A DNA stretch of 64,000 nt from Gemmatimonadota bacterium (lineage in GTDB: Bacteria; Gemmatimonadota; Gemmatimonadetes; Gemmatimonadales; GWC2-71-9), in assembly GCA_039587215.1 (NCBI GenBank), contig JBDHIW010000001.1:2371-66370 (forward strand), given 5' to 3'. The notes under the pieces are model-generated. The model saw only the letters and a program-made list of their open reading frames with translations. It was not told the DNA's origin and searched no databases. A program made the translations under genes and the position numbers. Below are positions 17,718 to 28,355 of the stretch, in pieces; the first letter of the stretch is position 1; each line of letters begins with the position of its first letter.

Positions 17718-17843
17718 GATCCCTCTACGTTCGCGGTCCCGCGACGGTTGCACCAGCAGGCGGACACGCGGCACGTCCTGCCGCACGTGGGGTACCGCAC
17801 CGAGTCGCACGCGCTGCAGATCATCGAAGACCGGAGTCCCTCC

Positions 17844-18536
17844 ATGGCACCCGACCGTCGCCCTTCGCCGCGTTCACACCGTCCGCCGGGGACGAAATGG
17901 TGGACACTGATCGCACTGCTCCCCGCGACGCTCGCCGCGCAGGAAGCGTCCCCCGGCACCCAGCCGCTGGCGGCTCGGCTCGAGGCTGGGATCGTGCGAG
18001 AGCACAATCTGGTGCGACAGAATCCGCGGGCGTACGCACAGCATCTTCGCGCGCTGCTTCCGTACTTCGACGGACGACTCCTGCGCGTGCCCGGCGCGAT
18101 CCCCTTGGAGACGATCGAGGGCGCTCGCGCCGTGCGGGAGGCGATCGCCGTTCTCGAAGACGCGCTGCCCCAGCCACCGTTGGGCTCCGCCGGGGGCCTC
18201 CAGCGCGGTGCCCGCGATCACGTCCGGGACCAGGGTCCGCGTGGCGGGCTGGACCATGCCGGGTCGGACGGCAGCCAAGCCGACGACCGCGTCAGTCGAT
18301 ACGGCACGTGGATGCGCACGATCGGCGAGAACCTCGCCTTCGGGCAGTTCGGGCCAGATGACGCGCGGGACGTGGTCATGAGCCTCCTGATCGACGACGG
18401 GGTTCCCTCGCGCGGCCACCGGGGCACCATCCTCAACGGCGAGTTTCGCTCGGTCGGCGTCGCCTGTGGCGAGCACGCCGGGTACGGCACGATGTGCGCG
18501 ATCGTCTACGCCGGCGGTTACGACGAGGACCGGTGA
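17844..18536 (+). CDS. CAP (SCP/PR-1-like) domain secreted protein
   Basis: ATG at 17844 lies within the longer track ORF 17070-18536. A hydrophobic signal segment WWTLIALLPATLAAQ is present. IVREHNLVRQNPRAYA ... ENLAFGQ ... GHRGTILNGEFRSVGVACG is the typical CAP-domain pattern. Confidence 0.8.
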   Translation: MAPDRRPSPRSHRPPGTKWWTLIALLPATLAAQEASPGTQPLAARLEAGIVREHNLVRQNPRAYAQHLRALLPYFDGRLLRVPGAIPLETIEGARAVREAIAVLEDALPQPPLGSAGGLQRGARDHVRDQGPRGGLDHAGSDGSQADDRVSRYGTWMRTIGENLAFGQFGPDDARDVVMSLLIDDGVPSRGHRGTILNGEFRSVGVACGEHAGYGTMCAIVYAGGYDEDR

Positions 18537-18666
18537 TCCCGAGCGGGGGGAGTCAACCATCTGGGCGGATGCCGTGTCCAACTAGAGCCGGCTGGAACCA
18601 AACGGGGCGTGGACTCGTTGATCCGGCAATGCCATCTGAATGCACCGCCAATCTCCCGAGGTACCT

Positions 18667-20052
18667 ATGAAGACCGCGAACGGCTCCCGACGCTCGCACG
18701 CTCGCACCGCGACGATGCTCGGGCTCATCCTCACCGCGCTCGCTGCAGCGACCCGACCCGGTGAGACACAGACGCCGCCTCCCGATCCCCTGACCGCGTC
18801 GCAGATGCGGGAGGACCTCGACGTCTTCCACCGGGAGTTCTTCGCCGCGGACCGCGCGTACAGCCCGGCGGCACGCACGCGAGCGGAGGCGATGCTCGCG
18901 GATCTCGCCGGGACGCTCGAGACGACGACACGGGCGCAGTTCGAACTCACCCTTGCCAAGGCGGTGGCGCTCGCCGACAACGGCCACACGACCTCATTCG
19001 GCGGGCCGCGGGCGCGGCGGTTCAACCGCGTGCCAGTTCGCCTCACCCCGTTCGGTGAGCAGTTCCACGTCCTGTGGGCGCGACCCGCGCACGCCGACCT
19101 CCTCGGCGCTCGCCTCATCGGCATCGGTGCCCGACCGATCGCGGAGCTGCGGGACTCCGCCCGGACGCTTACGGGCGGCACGCCGGCCTGGCGGGATCGG
19201 AGCGCCAGCTTCTTCCTCGAGAGTCCCGAGCAGCTTGCCGCTGCGGGACTGCTCGAGACCGGCGATGCCGCCGGGTACGTCTTCGAGACGCTCGCGGGCG
19301 ACACGGTCGAACGGCGCTTCGTGGCCGAACCGCCGGCGGCGCGGCGCGCAGACGCCGGAGCCAGGCGATGGCTCTTCGCCGCCGACGAGACGACGGAGTG
19401 GCGGAGTCTCCAGTCAGCCGGCTCGGTGCCGTGGTCGTTCCAGGACGGGAGTGTACCGTTTCGGTGGACCATGCTGCCGGAGCTCGACGCGGCGATCGTC
19501 GATTTGCGCCAGAACCACGACGCCCCCGATCTCCCGATCCGACGGGTCGTGCGCGCATTCGCCGATTCCATCCGCGACGCCGCACCCCGGCATCTCGTGC
19601 TCGACATGCGCCTGAACGGGGGCGGCGATCTCAACACGACGCGGGACTTCATGCGCGGCCTGCCCGACCTCGTGCCCGGGCACATCTTCGTGCTGATGAG
19701 TCCGTGGACCTTCTCGGCCGCCATCTCGAGCATCGGCTATCTCGAGCAGACGGCACCCGAGCGGGTCACGCTCGTGGGCGAAGGCCCCGGCGACCGTCTC
19801 GAGTTCTTCGCGGAAGGCGGGGTCGTCCGCCTCCCGAACTCCGGCGTGGTCCTCCTGCCGGCGACCGAACGGCACGACTACCGCACGGGTTGCCGGGACA
19901 AGCCGGACTGCCACGGCTCCGTCGTGCGGCATCCCATCGCCGTTCCGTCGTTGACCGCAGACCTGCCGGCCCCCTGGACCATCGCCGCCTACGCCGCTGG
20001 GCGGGATCCCGCGATGGAGGCCGTGGCCGCGGCACTCGACGACGGGCGCTAG
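18667..20052 (+). CDS. S41-family (tail-specific protease-like) peptidase
   Basis: ATG at 18667 is preceded by GAGG. The N-terminal signal contains MLGLILTALAAA. LVLDMRLNGGGDLNTTRDFM and FVLMSPWTFSAA resemble the S41 catalytic-domain segments. Confidence 0.7.
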   Translation: MKTANGSRRSHARTATMLGLILTALAAATRPGETQTPPPDPLTASQMREDLDVFHREFFAADRAYSPAARTRAEAMLADLAGTLETTTRAQFELTLAKAVALADNGHTTSFGGPRARRFNRVPVRLTPFGEQFHVLWARPAHADLLGARLIGIGARPIAELRDSARTLTGGTPAWRDRSASFFLESPEQLAAAGLLETGDAAGYVFETLAGDTVERRFVAEPPAARRADAGARRWLFAADETTEWRSLQSAGSVPWSFQDGSVPFRWTMLPELDAAIVDLRQNHDAPDLPIRRVVRAFADSIRDAAPRHLVLDMRLNGGGDLNTTRDFMRGLPDLVPGHIFVLMSPWTFSAAISSIGYLEQTAPERVTLVGEGPGDRLEFFAEGGVVRLPNSGVVLLPATERHDYRTGCRDKPDCHGSVVRHPIAVPSLTADLPAPWTIAAYAAGRDPAMEAVAAALDDGR

Positions 20053-20064
20053 CGGACCGAACGC

Positions 20065-20103
20065 ACGACGACCCGGCGGAGCATCGCCCCGCCGGGTCGT
20101 CGT
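20065..20103. terminator. Bidirectional terminator hairpin between S41 peptidase gene and tRNA-Ile
   Basis: A perfect 15-bp stem ACGACGACCCGGCGG / CCGCCGGGTCGTCGT with a 9-nt loop, located between convergent 3' ends. Confidence 0.6.
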
Positions 20104-20114
20104 ATCGGCTGCCA

Positions 20115-20188
<74 letters not shown>

Positions 20189-20263
20189 GCCGCCAAAGGA
20201 GCAGTAAGGTAGACACGCGGGGCCTCCCGCTCCACCCCTCCCCGCGCGACCGCGGACTTCCGG

Positions 20264-20473
20264 TCAGTCCCACTCGCCGTCGCCACCTCGACCCGACCGC
20301 CGATCACCATCGTCGAGATCGTCCGCATAGTCGTCGTACTCCTCGTACTCGTCTCCGTCGTCATCCAGCTCTTCGTCTTCTTCGAAATCGTCGAAGTCCG
20401 ACTCGAATCCGTCGTCGTCGTCGTCATGCGCGAGGCCCAGCGGGGACGACGCCGACGCATACCAGGGCAGCAT
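20264..20473 (-). CDS. Hyper-acidic small protein (hypothetical)
   Basis: 69 aa, of which 31 are D/E by my count. GGAGG lies 5 nt upstream of the ATG. It is 37 nt downstream of typA on the same strand. No family recognised. Confidence 0.5.
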   Translation of the reverse strand: MLPWYASASSPLGLAHDDDDDGFESDFDDFEEDEELDDDGDEYEEYDDYADDLDDGDRRSGRGGDGEWD

Positions 20474-20510
20474 GGTTCCTCCATCACTCCTTGAAAGCGG
20501 TTGACCTCCC

Positions 20511-22361
20511 CTAGGATCCGTTCACCGCGCGCGCGCGGCGGGCGGCCTTCTTGCGCTCGATCGCCGCCAGGTCCCGCTTGCGGAGCCGGATGGCGTCGGG
20601 CGTAATCTCGATCAGTTCGTCGTCCTCGATGTACTCCAGGGCCAACTCCAACGTCACCGCCCGCGGCGGCTCCAACTGCACCGTGCCGTCGGAGGCGGTC
20701 GTGCGCATGTTCGTGAGCTTCTTCCCCTTGGTCACGTTGACGTCGAGGTCGCCGGGACGCACGTGCTCGCCGACGATCATGCCCTCGTAGACCCGGGTGC
20801 CCGGCCCCACGAACATGGTGGCCCGCTCCTCCAGGTTCCATAGCGCATAAGCTACGGCGTCACCTTCGCGGTCCGCCACCAGGACTCCCCGGCTTCGGCC
20901 CTCGAGCGGCCCAGCCCAGAGGCCGTACTCGAGGAAGCGGTGGTGCATGATCCCCTCCCCCCGGGTGTCGGTCAAAAACTCCGAGCGGTACCCGAAGAGC
21001 CCGCGCGCCGGAACACGGAAACGAATGCGGGCCCGGCCCTTCCCGGGGTTGCGCATGTCGATCATCTCGGCGCGCCGGGGACCGAGCTTCTCCATCACGA
21101 CGCCGATAATGCCTTCCGGGACGTCCACGACGAGTTCCTCGTACGGCTCGAGCCGGCTGCCGTCGTCGCCCTCGCGCGTGATGACGCGCGGCCGGCTCAC
21201 CTGGAACTCGTATCCCTCGCGGCGCATCGTCTCCATCAGAATCGCGAGGTGAAGCTCACCGCGGCCGGACACCGTGAGCACGTCGGGCTTGTCCGTGTCC
21301 TGCACGCTCATCGCGACGTTCCGCTCGAGCTCTCGGTACAGACGGTCCCGCACCTGCCGCGTGGTGACGTACTTCCCGACCTGTCCCGCGAACGGGGAGT
21401 TGTTCACCATGAAGTCGACCGAGATCGTCGGCTCCTCGACGGCGATGCCGCGCAGCCGCTCCGGCGTCTCGGGGTCCGTGAGCGTCGTGCCGATCTCGAC
21501 GTCGTCGAGTCCCGCCAGCGCCACGATGTCGCCCGCCGTCGCCGACTCGATTTCGGTTCGGCCCAACCCCTCGAACCCGTAGAGACGCACGACGCGCCCG
21601 CGCTGGGCACCGTCCACGTGCCCGGGCTCCCCGAGCGGAAGCAGCGCGACCTCGTCGCCGACGTGGACGGCTCCCCGCTCGATTCGGCCGATGCCCAGCC
21701 GACCGACGTACGTCGAGTAGTCGATCGTCGAGATCAGCATCTGAAGCGGACCGTCGCTGTCGGCCCGCGGTGCCGGCACCGACGCGAGGATCGTATCGAA
21801 CAACGGCCGGAGGTCGCCCCCGTCCGGTGCCACCGCCTCCGGATCGTGCGCCGCAACGCCGAGCTTGGCGGACGCGTACAGAAAAGGCGCGTCGAGCTGT
21901 TCGTCGGAGGCTTCCAGTTCGATGAGCAGGTCGAGTACTTCGTCGTGCACCTCGTGCGACCGGGCGTCCGGCCGGTCCACCTTGTTGATCACGACGATGG
22001 GGTGCAGGCCGAGCGCCAGGGCTTTGCGGGTCACGAAACGCGTCTGCGGCATCGGCCCCTCGGCCGCATCCACGAGCAGCAGCACCCCGTCGACCATTCG
22101 CAGGATGCGCTCGACCTCGCCGCCGAAGTCGGCATGGCCCGGGGTATCGACCAGGTTGATCTTGACGTCGCCCCAGCGGATCGATGCGTTCTTGGACAGG
22201 ATCGTGATGCCGCGCTCGCGCTCCAGCGGGTTGGAGTCGAGCACGCGCTCCTCCACCTGCTGGTTGTCACGGAATACGCCGGCTTGACGCAGCATCTTGT
22301 CCACGAGCGTCGTCTTGCCGTGATCGACGTGCGCGATGATCGCGATGTTTCGTAATGGCAA
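20511..22361 (-). CDS. typA: Translational GTPase TypA/BipA
   Basis: 616 aa with an apparent TTG start. Motifs [32 protein letters not shown] and NKVDR, plus full-length similarity to the BipA architecture. Confidence 0.95.
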   Translation of the reverse strand: MPLRNIAIIAHVDHGKTTLVDKMLRQAGVFRDNQQVEERVLDSNPLERERGITILSKNASIRWGDVKINLVDTPGHADFGGEVERILRMVDGVLLLVDAAEGPMPQTRFVTRKALALGLHPIVVINKVDRPDARSHEVHDEVLDLLIELEASDEQLDAPFLYASAKLGVAAHDPEAVAPDGGDLRPLFDTILASVPAPRADSDGPLQMLISTIDYSTYVGRLGIGRIERGAVHVGDEVALLPLGEPGHVDGAQRGRVVRLYGFEGLGRTEIESATAGDIVALAGLDDVEIGTTLTDPETPERLRGIAVEEPTISVDFMVNNSPFAGQVGKYVTTRQVRDRLYRELERNVAMSVQDTDKPDVLTVSGRGELHLAILMETMRREGYEFQVSRPRVITREGDDGSRLEPYEELVVDVPEGIIGVVMEKLGPRRAEMIDMRNPGKGRARIRFRVPARGLFGYRSEFLTDTRGEGIMHHRFLEYGLWAGPLEGRSRGVLVADREGDAVAYALWNLEERATMFVGPGTRVYEGMIVGEHVRPGDLDVNVTKGKKLTNMRTTASDGTVQLEPPRAVTLELALEYIEDDELIEITPDAIRLRKRDLAAIERKKAARRARAVNGS

Positions 22362-22444
22362 GGGAATGGTCCCTGGAAAGTCGGTCCTTCGAGTGTGCGG
22401 CGCGGTGGGCCAGTATAGACAGGGCCCATCTCCCCGCGCAACCG

Positions 22445-23362
22445 TCAGTCGTCGACCACCGTCGGGCAGCGCGGACCGCGCTCGAGCTGGACCGTCACAT
22501 GGTGGATTCCCAGGTCGGCCATGCGGGCGTGCACCGTCCCCAGAACTTCGTGCCCGCTGACGCCGTCATCCACGACCGCGTGGGCGCTCATCGCCACGAC
22601 GCCGCTCGTCAGCGTCCACACGTGCAGATCGTGGACATCGCCCACGCCGGACACATCCGTGAGACTGCGCTCGACCTCGCCGAGGGAGATGTGCTTGGGC
22701 GCCGCTTCCAGCAAAACGTCGACCGCCTCCCGCACGAGACGCCACGCCCCCACGAGGATGAGCGCCGCGATGCCGACGGAAATGAGCGGATCCGCGAGAG
22801 TCCAGCCGGTAAGGACGATGATGCCGCCGGCGACGAGCGTCCCGACCGACCCGAGCAAGTCTCCCAGAACGTGCAGGTATGCCCCGCGGACGTTCAGGGA
22901 TTCGGTGTGGTCCGCGTGAAGCAGGCGGGCGGCAATGACGTTGACGAGCAGGCCTGCGGACGCCACCACCAGCAACAGACCGCCCCGCACCTCCGGCGGC
23001 TCGGCAAACCGTCCCACGGCATCGTAGAGGATGAAGCCAACGAGGACGAACAGCGCCGACCCGTTGACCAGCGCCGCCAGGATCTCGAGCCGCAGGTAGC
23101 CGAACGTCTTTTCGGGCGTCGCCGGACGCTGGGCAATCCACGAGGCGAACAGTGCCAGTCCGATCGCCGCGGTGTCCGTCAGCATGTGTCCGGCGTCCGC
23201 GATCAGCGCGAGCGAGTTGGCGATCGCCCCGCCGACGAACTCCACGACCATGAACACCCCGGTCATCGTGAAGACGAACAGCAATCGTCGGCGCGGACGC
23301 CGGATGCTCGGCGTCGGATGGGCGCACTCGAGCGCGCGGTCGGACGGCCCCGCAACGGTCAT
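22445..23362 (-). CDS. Cation diffusion facilitator (CzcD/ZitB-type) metal efflux transporter
   Basis: Start chosen at MTVAGPSD (23362). The track ORF runs to 23701 but would overlap the divergent neighbour. Motifs SLALIADAGHMLTDTAAIGLAL, six TM helices and a C-terminal cytoplasmic domain ending HHVTVQLE. Confidence 0.85.
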   Translation of the reverse strand: MTVAGPSDRALECAHPTPSIRRPRRRLLFVFTMTGVFMVVEFVGGAIANSLALIADAGHMLTDTAAIGLALFASWIAQRPATPEKTFGYLRLEILAALVNGSALFVLVGFILYDAVGRFAEPPEVRGGLLLVVASAGLLVNVIAARLLHADHTESLNVRGAYLHVLGDLLGSVGTLVAGGIIVLTGWTLADPLISVGIAALILVGAWRLVREAVDVLLEAAPKHISLGEVERSLTDVSGVGDVHDLHVWTLTSGVVAMSAHAVVDDGVSGHEVLGTVHARMADLGIHHVTVQLERGPRCPTVVDD

Positions 23363-23395
23363 CGCAGCCCCCGCTGACCGGGAGGCGCACCGCGG

Positions 23396-24754
23396 GTGTA
23401 CCTTTCTCGTCGACCACCCATGGACGACATCACCCTCTCGTCGTTCCTCCTGCGGCTCGCCGCCGTCATCGTGCTCGTTGCCGTGAACGCGTTCTTCGTC
23501 GCGGCCGAGTTCGCGCTGGTTGCTGCCCGCAAGACGCGACTCGACACGCTCGCACAGACCGGCGACAACAAAGCTAGGCTCGCACGGAAGATCGTACAAT
23601 CGATCGACCGATACATCTCCGCCACGCAGCTCGGCATCACTGCGGCGAGCCTCGGCCTCGGATGGATTGGCGAGCCGGCGCTCGCCGGCGGAATCGAGCA
23701 CGCGTTCAGCGCCCTGCCGTCACCGTTCGACGTGATTGCCACGCACACCGTCGCGAGTTCGATCGCGTTCCTCATCATCACGTTCCTCCATATCGTGCTC
23801 GGAGAGCTGGCGCCGAAAGCGTTGGCGCTGCTCCGCCCCGAGGACACGAGCCGATGGGTGGCGGCACCGCTCATCGTGTTCACGGTCGCGACGAACCCGT
23901 TCATCTGGGCGCTCAACGGCACGGCCAACGCGTTGCTCCGGCTGTTCGGCATGGAGGCGCCGACTGAGGCGGAGCGCGTGCACCAGCCCGAGGAAATCGT
24001 CATGCTGGTGCGACAGAGTCAGCGCGCCGGGGGCCTCGACCGGGGAGACGCCCGGATGATCGAGGGGGTATTCGAGGTCACGGAGAAGAACGCGCGCGAC
24101 GTGATGACGCCGCGCACGGAGGTGCGCGGACTCGCGAGCGACCTCACGGTCGAGGACGCCGCACGCCGCGCGGCGGAGATCGGCCGGTCCCGCTATCCCA
24201 TGTACGAGGAGACGATCGACAACGTCGTCGGCATCGTCCACGTGAAACAGATCCTCGGCGCACTACGCGGCCGACCGGACGAGCCGCTCACGGCGCTGGC
24301 CCGCACGCCCCTCTTCGTCCCGGGCACGCGCGAGGTGGAGGACGTGCTTGCCGACATGAAGCGCCTCAAGTACCAGATGGCCATCGTGCTCGACGAGTAC
24401 GGCGGTACCGCCGGCGTCGTCACGATGGAGGATCTGATCGAGGAGATCGTCGGCGAGATCTACGACGAGTACGACCACGCCGATCCGATCCCGCAGCCGA
24501 CGGCCGACGGCATCACGGTCCCCGGAGAGACCGAGGTCGAGGACGTGAACCGGATGTACGGACTCACGCTCAGCGAGTCGGAGTACCAGACCATCGGCGG
24601 GCTCGTGTTCGGCGCCGTCGGCCGACTGCCGAGTGTCGGTGACCGCGTGACCGTGGGTACGGTCCGCTTCGAGGTCCTGGCGATGGAGGGACGGCGGGTC
24701 GACAGCGTGCGGATGATCGTGCCCCCCCCCGACCCGTCGGAGTCGGCGGACTAG
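23396..24754 (+). CDS. CNNM/TlyC-family protein (DUF21-CBS pair-CorC_HlyC; hemolysin-family transporter)
   Basis: 452 aa from GTG 23396 (alternative ATG 23420). VNAFFVAAEFALVAARKTRL is the DUF21 opening. CBS region DVMTPRTEV... and C-terminal transporter-associated domain are present. Confidence 0.85.
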   Translation: MYLSRRPPMDDITLSSFLLRLAAVIVLVAVNAFFVAAEFALVAARKTRLDTLAQTGDNKARLARKIVQSIDRYISATQLGITAASLGLGWIGEPALAGGIEHAFSALPSPFDVIATHTVASSIAFLIITFLHIVLGELAPKALALLRPEDTSRWVAAPLIVFTVATNPFIWALNGTANALLRLFGMEAPTEAERVHQPEEIVMLVRQSQRAGGLDRGDARMIEGVFEVTEKNARDVMTPRTEVRGLASDLTVEDAARRAAEIGRSRYPMYEETIDNVVGIVHVKQILGALRGRPDEPLTALARTPLFVPGTREVEDVLADMKRLKYQMAIVLDEYGGTAGVVTMEDLIEEIVGEIYDEYDHADPIPQPTADGITVPGETEVEDVNRMYGLTLSESEYQTIGGLVFGAVGRLPSVGDRVTVGTVRFEVLAMEGRRVDSVRMIVPPPDPSESAD

Positions 24755-25662
24755 CCGGCGCGTCCACCCGCGGCGAGCGTGCCCGCCAGTTCGAGCGCCG
24801 CCCGCATCGACCCGGCATCCGCCCGTCCGGTTCCCGCAATGTCGAACGCGGTGCCGTGGTCCGGCGCCGTCCGCACAAACGGCAGGCCGAGCGTCACGTT
24901 CACGCCGGTTCCGAATCCCGCCACCTTCACCGCCGTCATCCCCACGTCGTGCACGGGGGTGAGCACGCAATCGAACTCGCCGCGCAGCGCGCGAACGAAT
25001 ACCGTATCGGCGGGGAGCGGACCGACGGCCCCAAGGGCCTGCGCAGCCGGCGCCAGAATCCGATCGTCTTCGTCGCCGAAGAGGCCGCCCTCGCCCGCAT
25101 GCGGATTGAGGGCGCACAGCGCGAGGCGCGGCGTCGCGATCCCCCACCACTCCCGCAGGGCGGCGAGCGCGATGCGGCCCGTGTGCTCCACCGACGACAC
25201 TGTGAGCCGCTCGGGCACGTCACGCAGCGGCAGGTGCGTGGTGAGGAGTACGACGCGGAGCGCCCCCGTCTGCAGCAACATGGCCACCTCGGCGCCCGCC
25301 AGATGCCCGAGCCACTCCGTCTGGCCCGGATAGCGGAACCCCGCCTCATGGAGGGCCCGCTTCTCGACCGGACCGGTGACGATCGCATCGACGGCGCCGT
25401 CCAGTGCCATGGCCGCGGCCCGCTCGATAGCCCGGCCGGCGAGCCGTCCCGCGACCTCGGGAGGCGCCGTGGCCGGGTCCATAACGGGCTCGGGATCCAC
25501 GGCGATGGTGTGAAAACGTCCGAAGGGCGTCAGCTGATGCGCCGGGCCGATGACCGTGATTGCGTCGGCGTCGAGTTCATCCTGCAGCGCGGCGGCCACC
25601 ACCTCGGGTCCGATCCCCCGAGGATCACCCAGCGTGACCGCAAGCCGGCGGCGCACCGGCAC
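24751..25662 (-). CDS. pdxA: 4-hydroxythreonine-4-phosphate dehydrogenase
   Basis: 303 aa. Motifs LAVTLGDPRGIGPEV, LNPHAGEGG and TAPDHGTAFDIAG. It lies immediately downstream of a surA-like gene, the conserved surA-pdxA synteny. Confidence 0.9.
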   Translation of the reverse strand: MPVRRRLAVTLGDPRGIGPEVVAAALQDELDADAITVIGPAHQLTPFGRFHTIAVDPEPVMDPATAPPEVAGRLAGRAIERAAAMALDGAVDAIVTGPVEKRALHEAGFRYPGQTEWLGHLAGAEVAMLLQTGALRVVLLTTHLPLRDVPERLTVSSVEHTGRIALAALREWWGIATPRLALCALNPHAGEGGLFGDEDDRILAPAAQALGAVGPLPADTVFVRALRGEFDCVLTPVHDVGMTAVKVAGFGTGVNVTLGLPFVRTAPDHGTAFDIAGTGRADAGSMRAALELAGTLAAGGRAG

Positions 25663-25663
25663 C

Positions 25664-26974
25664 TCAGAGTCGGACGTCGACGAACGTGGCGCGCCGGAGC
25701 GAGTCGAGAAACCGCCTCAGGCCGTTTTGCTGGGACAGGGTTTCGCGCAGCACGTCGCGCACGTCCTCGAACGTGAAGTCGCCGCCGGGGCGCATCTCCT
25801 CGAACAGCACCACGGCGAACTTGGGACGGCCGTCGCCTCGGTCCAGTTCGATCGGCCCGAGAATAGTGTTCGGGGCCGCCATCCCCAACTCCTGGGCGTA
25901 CACCTGCGGAAGATCCTGCACCGACGCGTCCTCGATCACGCGCTGCTCCAGCGGGTCGTGATGCACGCGCGCCAACGCGTCGAACGAGAAGCCGGCCTGC
26001 AGCGAATCGCGAATCTCCATCGCCTGCTGCAGGGCCGCCGCCTTGTCGAGATCGGTGATCTCCGGAGCGATGAGAATGTGACGGACGAGTGCTTCGGCAG
26101 GCTGCGCCCGCAGAACCTCGATGAGGTGGAACCCGAACGCCGTCAACACCGGCGGCGAGACGAACCCGGGCCGCAGACGAAAAACGGCGTCCTCGAACTC
26201 CCTCACCAGACCCTGCCCGCGCCGGACCCACCCCATCTCGCCGCCCTGTTCCGCCGAGCCCGGATCCTGGGAAAACCGCCGCGCCACCGTTCCGAAGTCT
26301 GCTGTGCGCGCGCGGAGCACGACGCCCAGACTGTCGGCCAGGAGGAACGCGCGCTCCATCTCCGCCGAGTCCGGTCTGGAGCGGACGACGATCTGACGGA
26401 ACGACATCGTCGGCGGCCGCTGCGGACGCTGTTCGCGGGTCTCGTCGAAGTACTCCCGCAGCTCGCGCTCTGTCGGCGGAAGGGGCGCGATGTCGCCGCG
26501 CTGGGTGAGGAGACTGATGAACTGATCGCGCAGCAGCTCCCGTCGCTTCTGGTCCGTCATCCAGCGGCGGTAGTCGTCCGGCGAGGCAAACCCGGCCGAG
26601 CGCAGATTGCGCTCGTACTCAATCTCCGAAGCGAACTGGCTGCGGACCTGCCGCAGCACGGGCTCGACGGCGGCCTGCAACTCCTGCTCGCTCACCACGA
26701 TCAGCGTGTCGCGCTCCGCCGCCTGCACCAGCAACTCTTCATCGACCATCCGGTCGAGGATTTCGCGGCGGAACGCCGCGTACGCCTCGGGCTCGGTCGG
26801 GACCTCCCCGCCCTGCTGCCGAAAGACGTTGAGCTCTTCCAGCAAGCGTGTTTCGGTGATCACCTGGCGACCGACGATGGCGAGGATACGGTCGACCGGC
26901 TCGTACACCGGCTGCTGGGCCACCGCCGGCAGCGCGGCGACGACGAGCGTGATCGAGATGAACAAGGTGCGCAT
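25664..26974 (-). CDS. surA: SurA-like periplasmic chaperone / parvulin peptidyl-prolyl isomerase
   Basis: Start at MRTLFISITLVVAALPAVAQ (26974). A SurA N-terminal-like region is followed by parvulin motifs (GGEMGWVRRGQ...FGFHLIEV). Confidence 0.75.
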   Translation of the reverse strand: MRTLFISITLVVAALPAVAQQPVYEPVDRILAIVGRQVITETRLLEELNVFRQQGGEVPTEPEAYAAFRREILDRMVDEELLVQAAERDTLIVVSEQELQAAVEPVLRQVRSQFASEIEYERNLRSAGFASPDDYRRWMTDQKRRELLRDQFISLLTQRGDIAPLPPTERELREYFDETREQRPQRPPTMSFRQIVVRSRPDSAEMERAFLLADSLGVVLRARTADFGTVARRFSQDPGSAEQGGEMGWVRRGQGLVREFEDAVFRLRPGFVSPPVLTAFGFHLIEVLRAQPAEALVRHILIAPEITDLDKAAALQQAMEIRDSLQAGFSFDALARVHHDPLEQRVIEDASVQDLPQVYAQELGMAAPNTILGPIELDRGDGRPKFAVVLFEEMRPGGDFTFEDVRDVLRETLSQQNGLRRFLDSLRRATFVDVRL

Positions 26975-26978
26975 GCGA

Positions 26979-28355
26979 CTACCGATCCTCTTCTTCCGGG
27001 GTCGTCCGTCGTTCCAGCGACATCGCAAGCCGAGCCTCCTGGGCCCGGGCCACGACCCGATCCAATCCGCGCTCCGACACGGTCCACGCGTCCTGCAGGC
27101 GCAGCGCCGAACCGAGGAACGCCGGCACGACCACTACGTCTTCGAGATTGTTGACGATCTCCTGCAAATAGGCAAGCACGGCGTCGTCGGCCTGCGATGC
27201 CGTTCCGCCGCCCGCTGCGGCTCTCAGCCCGAGGGCCGCCTGCACGCGGGCGACATCCCCCGCGTACAACCGGCGCACGTCTTCCATTGCCTCGTCCCCG
27301 ATGGACACGCCCGCACGCCGGGCTTCGATCAACAGCACCTCGTTGCGGATCATCGATCGCGCCATGCGTTCGAGTGCGTCGTCCCCCGCCGAGCCTACGC
27401 GCGCCTGCTGCTGCAACGGCAACACCTGCAGCCATCGCACGAAATCGGCAACCGTGAACGTCCCTTCGCGATGATGACCGATCACCTCGGGGGAATCGAG
27501 CACGCGCAACGGGGCCCCTGCAGCCGTCCGCATCACCGACGGTGCGTCCTCCTCGAGGGCCACGTCCCAATCGGCCATGAGCTGATCGAGGAACCCCACC
27601 GTGAAGTCCTGCTCGAGGGCGACGCGCACGCCCGCCGCGAAATCGTCGCGACCCGCGCGAAGCGTTCGGCGGCGCACGACATGGAAGCCGAACGAACTCT
27701 CCACAACCGGCGAGATCGTCCCCGGATCCAGGGCGAATGCAACCGCCTCGAAATCCTCGGCCATCTGCCCGCGACTGATGACCCCGAGTGTGCCGCCATT
27801 GCGACGCGCGCCGGGGTCGTCGCTCTGCTCGTTGAGGCGGCTCCACGGCACGCCCGCCACGGCTTGCGCGCGGATCCGCTCCGCCCGCGCCTTCGCCTCA
27901 GCCCGCGACGATGCACCCGCGTCGTCCTCCACCCCCACGAGGATGTGGTCGATCAACCGGTGCTCGCCGGCATCGTACAGACTGTCGACCATGGAGTCGT
28001 CGAACCGGACGTTCTCCGCAATGATCTGCTGATGAAAGCCCTCGACGAGCGCTTGCTCGATCTCCGGCCACATCGTCTGCTCCACGAGTGCCGGGGCCAT
28101 CATCGAATCCCCGCCCACGACCCGGTGCGCGAAGAGCGTGTACTCGACCCAACGGTGCGCGAGACGTTCGACGATGTCCCGCGTCACCGGCAGGCCCTCG
28201 GCCTCGGCCACGATGGACGCCAGCACTTCGCTCGGCAGTGCGGCCTCGCCCGCTTCGGCGACAACCGTCCCCCGGTCGAACAGGCCGCCCGGTCCGCACG
28301 CGGCGAACACGGCCGTCCCGAGCACCAGCATCACACCCGTCTTCGTTCGGATCAT
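26979..28355 (-). CDS. Second periplasmic parvulin-type PPIase / SurA-family protein, probable lipoprotein
   Basis: 458 aa. N-terminus is MIRTKTGVMLVLGTAVFAAC (lipobox-like). The parvulin block is GGTLGVISRGQMAEDFEAVAFAL..SSFGFHVVRR. Confidence 0.7.
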   Translation of the reverse strand: MIRTKTGVMLVLGTAVFAACGPGGLFDRGTVVAEAGEAALPSEVLASIVAEAEGLPVTRDIVERLAHRWVEYTLFAHRVVGGDSMMAPALVEQTMWPEIEQALVEGFHQQIIAENVRFDDSMVDSLYDAGEHRLIDHILVGVEDDAGASSRAEAKARAERIRAQAVAGVPWSRLNEQSDDPGARRNGGTLGVISRGQMAEDFEAVAFALDPGTISPVVESSFGFHVVRRRTLRAGRDDFAAGVRVALEQDFTVGFLDQLMADWDVALEEDAPSVMRTAAGAPLRVLDSPEVIGHHREGTFTVADFVRWLQVLPLQQQARVGSAGDDALERMARSMIRNEVLLIEARRAGVSIGDEAMEDVRRLYAGDVARVQAALGLRAAAGGGTASQADDAVLAYLQEIVNNLEDVVVVPAFLGSALRLQDAWTVSERGLDRVVARAQEARLAMSLERRTTPEEEDR

